Origin: Candidatus Saccharimonadota bacterium
GTDB taxonomy: Bacteria > Patescibacteriota > Saccharimonadia > Saccharimonadales > SZUA-47
NCBI GenBank assembly: GCA_016700315.1
Contig: CP065013.1
Coordinates: forward strand, 1,449 to 65,448
Length of the DNA: 64,000 nucleotides
Reading direction: 5' to 3'
Within the stretch, counting starts at the first letter, position 1. Each line of letters opens with the position of its first letter. Positions 57,639 to 64,000 of the stretch are shown piece after piece. The notes under the pieces were generated by a model that had not been told where the DNA came from, ran no database searches, and saw only the letters and a list, made by a program, of their open reading frames with translations. Position numbers and translations under genes: made by a program.

Positions 57639-58710
57639 ACCCCTCACCCCAGAACAAGTCGAAGCACTAGTTAATCTTGGTGCTATGGCAAGCCCAGAAG
57701 CTCGAGGCTCTGTAGGTCAAGGAGTAGAAGCTACTCAGGCAACACTAATTGCTCTTGGTAATCTTGGACTTCCTTCACTTGCTCCTGTTGAGCGTATGGG
57801 TTCTGACTCTACTAACAACGGCAGTCTTGACTCGCTGTCATCATCTCCTGAAGGTAGAGCTTTTGCAGAATTAGTAAAACAAACCCATCATCAAATGGGT
57901 AGGATGATAGAAGAAACAGGCCACGTCTTCAGTGATATACCTAATCTAGACAGCCCAGAGTTTGCTAACACCAACTGGCAACGACTTCTTGAGGCTACTA
58001 AAGCCTATGAAGAACTGAATATACCTTCACAATTGGTGTTTACTCCCATCAATCGGCCACTTGGGGAGAAGCTCGCAGATGGTAACTACACACCAGGAAG
58101 CTGGCGAGCCTTATTCTCAGGACTAAGGGCTTGGCAAGACACCAATCATCCCGACTCTGCGCACAAGCTCCATAACCTAGCAGATGGTGATGGATTATGG
58201 ATAAACAATGAAGTTGCTACACAATGGATTAGTGTCATAGACACTAATCCTAATGCCCCACAGTGGCAAGTCAGTGTTGTACCAGTCAGTAGTAAAGTCC
58301 CAGTCCCCAATGTTGCCCACAATGGCACCGCAGCTGACAGATCTATCCCTGAAAACCTTCGTGACATTCTAGACAAATTGCCAACTGGTCCAGACAATAG
58401 CAACACTGACCCAGACATATATACAATCACCAACCCTAAGGCTGAAACGCTACTTACTATCCATGCTATGAGACAATTCAACAAACAAGATCCTATTGAT
58501 GGCAAGATAGGCGGCATCTGGTCATGGGCTGAAGGTACCATAGACAATGGTGCGGACGGGCTCGCCGTCCGCTGGTATCCTGACTACGGTCGGGTGGTCT
58601 TGGACCACGGCGATGTCGGCCTTCGTGGTGACAGCCTGGGCGTGCGTCCCGAGGTGAGAGGTTAGAGCTTCGGTGATCGTCGTAACTGTCGGTTTGGTCT
58701 GATGCTGGCG
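57629..58710. repeat. Right arm of the ~1.08-kb inverted repeat (partner 53031-54112)
   Basis: See the left arm. One synonymous difference was noticed at 57651. Confidence 0.9.
57631..58665 (+). CDS. Unknown-function protein, copy B, with a DGR-type variable C-terminus
   Basis: The start ATG overlaps the AAA+ gene stop (ATGCCTAA). The first 294 aa are identical to copy A, and the C-terminus differs only at NNC/NNT codons. Confidence 0.75.
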   Translation: MPKPLTPEQVEALVNLGAMASPEARGSVGQGVEATQATLIALGNLGLPSLAPVERMGSDSTNNGSLDSLSSSPEGRAFAELVKQTHHQMGRMIEETGHVFSDIPNLDSPEFANTNWQRLLEATKAYEELNIPSQLVFTPINRPLGEKLADGNYTPGSWRALFSGLRAWQDTNHPDSAHKLHNLADGDGLWINNEVATQWISVIDTNPNAPQWQVSVVPVSSKVPVPNVAHNGTAADRSIPENLRDILDKLPTGPDNSNTDPDIYTITNPKAETLLTIHAMRQFNKQDPIDGKIGGIWSWAEGTIDNGADGLAVRWYPDYGRVVLDHGDVGLRGDSLGVRPEVRG

Positions 58711-59261
58711 TAGAATACATCACGTTTGAAGGAGTCTACTCTGACTATGTACTGCTCAAAGGGTTTTAGCAGACTAGACCACCGCATGTTGGGTGCAAGC
58801 ACGTGCAGCAGCTTCCCCTTCTGGCTCAGGTACTCAACTAAGCTGTAGAAATCTCCGTCACCTGAAACTATTACAGCCTTATGATAATTATTGATTTCCT
58901 TCATCGCGTATAAAACTAAATCTGTATCAACATTACCTTTGGTGGCAGGCTTATCTTCTTTTGCGCCTTTTTCTTGACTCTTGACTCTTGGCTCTTGACT
59001 CTCCTCGATATACATATCAAGCGTTGGACGTAATACCACCAAGTAACCTGCTTCTTGCATTTGACGATACAGATCCTCATTTTCCGGCATATAGCCAATG
59101 AACATGAAGGCTTTCTCGACATTGAAACGGGTGCGCAGGACTTCTCGGAACTTTTTCCAATCTAGCTTCCAGCCGTATTTCTGAACACCAAGATTAAGGT
59201 TTTGGCTGTCAATAAAGGCATAGTTTGCGAGCTGTTTTTGTGTTTTCTTGCGTCTAAACAT
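58662..59261 (-). CDS. NYN-domain (LabA/PIN-like) putative RNase
   Basis: 'AFIDSQNL', 'KAFMFIGY', 'KGNVDTDLVL', 'AVIVSGDGDFYSLVEYL'. The last ~12 codons are antisense to the repeat-arm 3' flank. Confidence 0.75.
   Translation of the reverse strand: MFRRKKTQKQLANYAFIDSQNLNLGVQKYGWKLDWKKFREVLRTRFNVEKAFMFIGYMPENEDLYRQMQEAGYLVVLRPTLDMYIEESQEPRVKSQEKGAKEDKPATKGNVDTDLVLYAMKEINNYHKAVIVSGDGDFYSLVEYLSQKGKLLHVLAPNMRWSSLLKPFEQYIVRVDSFKRDVFYASIRPNRQLRRSPKL
58973..59000. repeat. Heptanucleotide array (CTTGACT x3, CTTGGCT) embedded in the NYN coding sequence
   Basis: Four in-phase units. On the coding strand they spell GAGAGTCAAGAGCCAAGAGTCAAGAGTCAAG, encoding 'ESQEPRVKSQE'. Confidence 0.8.
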
Positions 59262-59333
59262 CTATATCAACTATAGACACAACTTCTAAAATTTCCAAAT
59301 ATCATAAATACCCTTTGTTAGAGAACGACATTA

Positions 59334-60290
59334 TTAAAGTTTTACGGCTTCTACGATTGTTCGCTCTTGGTACTCGTCGTTAGTTTTGTCATACTTGCCA
59401 GAGCAGCTCATTACAAAAATAGTGGCTGTCTTCCGTTCTGTCGTTAAGTATTTTGCCATATCAACCTTTTCGAGCGGAACTTTTTCAACAGATTTAATCT
59501 GAAAACTAGACTCTACCCCAGAACCGTAGGTAATTTTTATCGTCTCGCCTTGCTCAAGAGTACCAAGATCTGCAAACACGCCTCGGGCTGTCCATCCTTG
59601 ATTATGCCCAACTAATAGAGATGATCCCTCCTGTCCCGGCACAACGGAGTTTTCGTACCAACCAACATCATTAATATTGCGTGGTGACCCAACGGCACCT
59701 TCCTTTGTCGTTCCTACCCGCATTACCCTAGACTTCACCCTTAAACCTTCTATCGTGATGTAGCGTGGCATATTTGCGGCGACAGAGTATGATGCTAACT
59801 TATCATTACCAATGGGCGACTCATCGGGTTTGGCATCGCTGGTTAAGCCTTCGGTCGAGTCACCGAGAACTGCACTATTAGTAACTTTGGCTATCTCCGC
59901 CTTTAGCTCATTGCTTTGCCTGTAAGACAATCCTACAATTAATAGCCCAGCTATCATTACACCAGCAGATAAAACCTTTGTGGCTTTTTTTGAGGACAAT
60001 TTCCTTGTCTTTAATCCGCTTTCTGCAGCAAGTTTTGTCGGCGGTTCGCATGACGCGTTAGTTTTTCTCAATATAGCCGGCTGCGCTTGTGTTACACCGA
60101 CTATCCGCTGTGCTGATTCAGCCATGCTTATTGTCACATTACTATCAGGGTTCGGGCGCTTTACTTCTGGTTTTAAAGTTAAACCATAATCGGATCTAGC
60201 ATTGCCATTGGTAAAAACACGACGCTTAAGACCAGGGCTATCTAGGTATACCCTTTTACGGCCTAACTGAACGCTACTTTTTATATCCAT
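59334..60290 (-). CDS. Sortase-family transpeptidase
   Basis: TM 'VLSAGVMIAGLLIVGL', 'LLVGHNQGW' (His), 'IFVMSCSG' (Cys). It is adjacent to a predicted substrate. Confidence 0.75.
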   Translation of the reverse strand: MDIKSSVQLGRKRVYLDSPGLKRRVFTNGNARSDYGLTLKPEVKRPNPDSNVTISMAESAQRIVGVTQAQPAILRKTNASCEPPTKLAAESGLKTRKLSSKKATKVLSAGVMIAGLLIVGLSYRQSNELKAEIAKVTNSAVLGDSTEGLTSDAKPDESPIGNDKLASYSVAANMPRYITIEGLRVKSRVMRVGTTKEGAVGSPRNINDVGWYENSVVPGQEGSSLLVGHNQGWTARGVFADLGTLEQGETIKITYGSGVESSFQIKSVEKVPLEKVDMAKYLTTERKTATIFVMSCSGKYDKTNDEYQERTIVEAVKL

Positions 60291-60321
60291 TAATTTTATT
60301 TGTTTTTAATTCTTTTGTTTT

Positions 60322-63111
60322 TTACTGACGTTTGAACGAGTGATTGTAAGCGGCGTATCCCGCTACAATTAGCAGTAAACCCAGTGGTATGAAAGTGTTA
60401 GTATCTTTAATAATGTTCTTAAAGCCAGTATTTGCTACAGACTCAACTGAAAGGCTAAGCACAGCTTCGCTATCATTATTTGTCGAGGTAGAGGCGGTAT
60501 TCACTGTAGCAAAAGTTGGTACTTGAAGTAGGTTTGTCTCTGTTTTCTCACCAGTGGCCGGCGATATGTAACCAAGATTGTGCAAACTCGTATCGATTGC
60601 TGCATTGTCGTCAATCTTAACGGTAAGGTACAGTTTTCGCTCTGCACCAACTCCTAAGCTTGAACTACTTGTACAAGTCAGCGACGATCCGCCAGCAACA
60701 CTCGAAGGCGGAGAGCACGTAAAGCCAGCGTCTGAATCACCGTGAGGCTGTGTAGCACTAAAACTCAAACCAGTTGGCAGCAAGTCAGTCATTGACCATC
60801 CAGCCACTGCCCCGCTAGGACCATTATTTTTACCAACCAGTTCGTACTGCAAAGTTTGGCCACGTTTGTATGGCCCTGCTGTGACCAATCTTTTGGTAAT
60901 GGTCAGATCGATTTCACCGACCACCAATCCAGCATCAATTGTGGGGTTAATTTGCTGAGCTAGTGTTACCCCGTCTCCAGGTACGACAGCTCGCATATTT
61001 GTTTCATTCTCGCCAATTACAAATGTATTTGTTAGCCCAGTTGCTGCATCAGCATTAGAATCGTTTGCTTCTGTCCCACTGCTCACTTCCTGAGCCGTAA
61101 ATGAATAGTTAGCGGGTAGATTACTAAATTTGACCGAATAAGTCCCTGCATAGACTTCATCAAAAACATAGTGTCCGCTAGCATTAGTTGCAGTAGTTGC
61201 AATCACGTTCTCAGCAGTGTCTAAAAGCTCAACAGTTACATTATTAACTGGTAATTCTCCAACGTCTTGAATACCGTTATGATTATCGTCATACCAGACA
61301 TAATCACCAACCCCAAAAATCATTGAAACTATTAGATCTTCTTCGGAGTCATTGTTGGTTGTAGAAGTCGTCGTGTTTGTGGCAAATGTTGGCACTACTA
61401 GCGGATTAGTCTCGGCAATATCACCCGGAGCTGGAGAGACATAAGTAACGTTTTTAAGAGCAGAATTAAGTGGAGCGTTTGCATTTATTGTCACATCTAG
61501 AGCCAGTTTTCTTTGAGCTCCTGGAGCAAGGCTAGCGTTGTTGGTGCAAGTTATCGAATTTCCACCAGTTATACTGCTCGGTGCGCCGCAGGTAAAACCT
61601 GCGTCAGATGCGATATTTGGTTGAGTGACTGCAAAAGTTAATCCTGTAGGTAATAAATCAGTTATTGACCAGTTTGCAGCAGCCGCGTTAGGGCCATTGT
61701 TTGTTACAACTAGGTCGTACCGAACACTATCCCCTCTAATGTACGGACCCGCATTGAATAAAGATTTAGTAATTTTTAGATCCATCTCTGGACTATTTTC
61801 GTATATGCCAGCGTCTATTGTTGGGTCTATCAGTCCAGCATCTATTACGCCATCAGCCGGTATTGGAGCGCGCATATTTGGTTGACTATCATCGAGAGTA
61901 AAATTAGCTGTAATACCAGTGCCTGCTGGATTCGAGTCGTCTGAAACAGTGCTTCCAGGAGCATTTTGTGTAGTAAAGACATATCCAGCCGGCATATCTG
62001 AAAACTTAATTTTGTAAGTACCAGCTGAGAGTCCGTCAAAAACGTAGTGCCCATTTGCGTCGGTTACGGTACTGTCAAGCACGACGTCTGAGGTACTAAG
62101 TAACTCAACTGTTGCACTGACTACAGCGGCTTCGCCTACGTCTTGAATTCCATCTTGGTCAGTATCATACCAAACGTAGTCACCTACTGCGTATAAAGGC
62201 TCAGCAGTTCTATTAGCTGACAGCGCCCGATTACCGCCAGAACTACCGACATATTGGTCAGCCCCACCTGGTGGGTTGATAATCTTATAAGTGGCAGGTG
62301 AGCTAGCGACGTTAGCAGTAATCGTGACTGGTCCGCCACTTGAGGTAAAACTAAAATTTAGGATACCGCTAGCGTTTGTAGTGCCGCTAGATGGCGTGAC
62401 TGTTCCGCCGCTCGCCGATAAAGTAACTGTTGCGCCAGCGATTGCTGCGTTAGTTGCCGATTTTAACATCACATTACCTGGAGTACTGCTACCGGACCAG
62501 CCTGGAGGTGTTGGAGCGTTTACAGTTAATTTCCAAGCGCCATACTGAGTTGCGGCTTCGGCGTCCATACTTTGCGCTAGAGAATTTACTGTAGAACTTG
62601 AACTTGCATTCAGATTCGGCACGATAATATGACCGCTGTCAGTGCGATCTTTGGCGTAGTAATGCCCCAGCATCCACACGGCTGCAGCCCTGTTGTTATC
62701 ACTGGTATCACCCCATTTCCACAGAATGTATGAATACTTTGGCGTAAGCGCTACCGTATTGCCATTCTTGTCTATGAGATTTGACATGATCGTGCCGTTG
62801 CTTGTAGCAATCGGGTGACCTAGATCATCTCGCAAACAATAAGTCAACCACCATGACGTAGCAGTTGTTCGCACAGAGTATTGACCCATCCATCTAGACT
62901 GATTCCAGCCTGCACTGTCTTTTACTGTCAACCTTCGACCAGCGCAATAGGTTGAGCTAGCGTTCGGCGACCCAGGAGTACACCACGCCGGTTGAGAACT
63001 AAAAGGGCCTGCGTCTCCCCTGCTATGTTGTTTTTGTAATATAAAAATGCTCGCAGCAGAAAAAACTGCCACGAACAAGGCGCTATAACGTAAAACTTTT
63101 TTCATTCTCAT
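60322..63111 (-). CDS. Large surface adhesin-like protein: 2 x (SdrD-B/Cna-B-like + DUF11-like) modules and a C-terminal VANTG sorting signal
   Basis: Signal peptide at 'MRMKKVLRYSALFVAVFSAA'. 'GDYVWYD.D.DGIQD.GE' occurs twice, and 'L.ITK....GPY.RG......L...NNGP......W...DLLPTGL.F' occurs twice. The C-terminus is 'VANTG', then TM, then 'KRQ'. Confidence 0.75.
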   Translation of the reverse strand: MRMKKVLRYSALFVAVFSAASIFILQKQHSRGDAGPFSSQPAWCTPGSPNASSTYCAGRRLTVKDSAGWNQSRWMGQYSVRTTATSWWLTYCLRDDLGHPIATSNGTIMSNLIDKNGNTVALTPKYSYILWKWGDTSDNNRAAAVWMLGHYYAKDRTDSGHIIVPNLNASSSSTVNSLAQSMDAEAATQYGAWKLTVNAPTPPGWSGSSTPGNVMLKSATNAAIAGATVTLSASGGTVTPSSGTTNASGILNFSFTSSGGPVTITANVASSPATYKIINPPGGADQYVGSSGGNRALSANRTAEPLYAVGDYVWYDTDQDGIQDVGEAAVVSATVELLSTSDVVLDSTVTDANGHYVFDGLSAGTYKIKFSDMPAGYVFTTQNAPGSTVSDDSNPAGTGITANFTLDDSQPNMRAPIPADGVIDAGLIDPTIDAGIYENSPEMDLKITKSLFNAGPYIRGDSVRYDLVVTNNGPNAAAANWSITDLLPTGLTFAVTQPNIASDAGFTCGAPSSITGGNSITCTNNASLAPGAQRKLALDVTINANAPLNSALKNVTYVSPAPGDIAETNPLVVPTFATNTTTSTTNNDSEEDLIVSMIFGVGDYVWYDDNHNGIQDVGELPVNNVTVELLDTAENVIATTATNASGHYVFDEVYAGTYSVKFSNLPANYSFTAQEVSSGTEANDSNADAATGLTNTFVIGENETNMRAVVPGDGVTLAQQINPTIDAGLVVGEIDLTITKRLVTAGPYKRGQTLQYELVGKNNGPSGAVAGWSMTDLLPTGLSFSATQPHGDSDAGFTCSPPSSVAGGSSLTCTSSSSLGVGAERKLYLTVKIDDNAAIDTSLHNLGYISPATGEKTETNLLQVPTFATVNTASTSTNNDSEAVLSLSVESVANTGFKNIIKDTNTFIPLGLLLIVAGYAAYNHSFKRQ

Positions 63112-63765
63112 TTTTAAGCCTTTTTGATTTTTACTGTTTCTCAGTATTATTATAATCACTAATTATCGATGGTCAAACTTTATCCACAGGAAAGATTGCT
63201 TTTTTCAAAGGTTTTTATAACAGATTATTAAAGTCTAATATCATAAGCTCAGGCGAGCAGCTTAACATCTTAATAACCAGCAATGGCAGTATGTCCGATC
63301 GACCTTGGCCCAATTGGGAATATAATTATCTCTGCTGACTTTCCGACCTCCCAGGCATTTTTTACTTCCCTTACATCTCTTTGGGATCAGTCTGGTACAA
63401 TACCCTGCTCATGACAAAAGTTTAACCACTCGTGTGCGCCCATAGAGACACTAGTTATCATACTCCTAGGTGCTTGCCTGTCGTAAAGTTTCATTTTTTA
63501 TCCTTTATTTTAGTAGTTATGCTTATGTAATACTCCAAATAATTATAGATATCAAGTTGAAACTAATAAAAAACAATTCCACGTAAAAAAATCTACAAAA
63601 ACTTTAGAATATTTTAGTATTAGCCACAGTTTTTGCCTACTATAGCGTTGGGTTTTCTTTATCCATTATGACGCGTTTAGTCGCGTCGACTTACGTTGGA
63701 GCATACAACACACATAAACAGATATAGGCTTAGCCCTATAGCGTTACCTTAACTGGCTATCCTAA

Positions 63766-64000
63766 TTAAGTTAAGTCTTCGGGCCTAACTCTTTGCTGCT
63801 CTGTAGAATCACGATCACGAACAGTGACACTGCCATCTTCAAGGCTTTGAAAATCAACCACTACGCAAGCAGGTGTGCCTATTTCATCCTGACGACGATA
63901 GCGCTTCCCAATGTTACCGTTGTCGTCCCACTCACATATGTATTTTTCGCTTAAAAGCTCGTACAGCTCGCGGGCCTTAGCTACAAGTTCTGGCTTGTTC
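63766..64000 (-). CDS. glyQS: Glycine--tRNA ligase, C-terminal anticodon-binding part (partial, runs off the window end)
   Basis: The translated minus strand reads '...GKRYRRQDEIGTPACVVVDFQSLEDGSVTVRDRDSTEQQRVRPEDLT*', typical of the class II GlyRS C-terminus. Confidence 0.75.
   Translation of the reverse strand, partial: NKPELVAKARELYELLSEKYICEWDDNGNIGKRYRRQDEIGTPACVVVDFQSLEDGSVTVRDRDSTEQQRVRPEDLT

Noticed and set aside
53031-58710. Considered the 1-kb inverted repeats as the ends of an IS element or composite transposon.
   Set aside because: Each arm is a complete, translationally coupled protein gene. No transposase or integrase is present and no target-site duplication is evident.
1-64000. 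Alternative genetic code (UGA recoding, as in some CPR lineages).
   Set aside because: Conserved genes reach full ortholog length with standard stops, and TGA terminates several well-supported ORFs (for example xth and the ORF at 1-137).

Overview
This is a 64-kb, densely coded chromosomal window with standard genetic code (TGA works as a stop and orthologs are full length). By inference, the gene content fits a reduced-genome, Gram-positive-type bacterium of the Patescibacteria/CPR, possibly Saccharibacteria-like. Housekeeping genes include smpB, pyrH, xth, gltX, der, pth, dprA, topA and a partial glyQS. There is a compact dcw cluster (mraZ-rsmH-ftsL-ftsI-mraY-ftsW-murG-ftsQ) with no mur ligase genes. 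Also present are two histidine kinase/response regulator pairs whose regulators lack DNA-binding outputs, two sortases with predicted substrates ending in an xxNTG sorting signal, several glycoside hydrolases, a secreted nuclease and two tRNAs. I recognised no rRNA, CRISPR, cas, transposase, integrase or reverse transcriptase gene.

The most interesting locus is 53.0-58.7 kb. A ~1.08-kb inverted repeat carries two copies of the same unknown gene. One copy is translationally coupled to a vWA/HExxH protein and the other to a MoxR/AAA_5 ATPase, and these two are divergently transcribed. The two copies are identical over 294 aa and then differ only at 14 codons, always at codon positions 1-2, on a backbone that lacks adenine. 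That is the signature of a diversity-generating retroelement (DGR) variable region, but no template repeat or RT lies in this window.

Other notable features:
- a family of mosaic heptanucleotide-repeat arrays at eight sites, including inside coding sequence
- a tRNA-Leu nested inside a decayed tRNA-Leu
- a 700-bp hairpin-dense intergenic region of unknown identity
- a tandem pair of WhiB-like proteins
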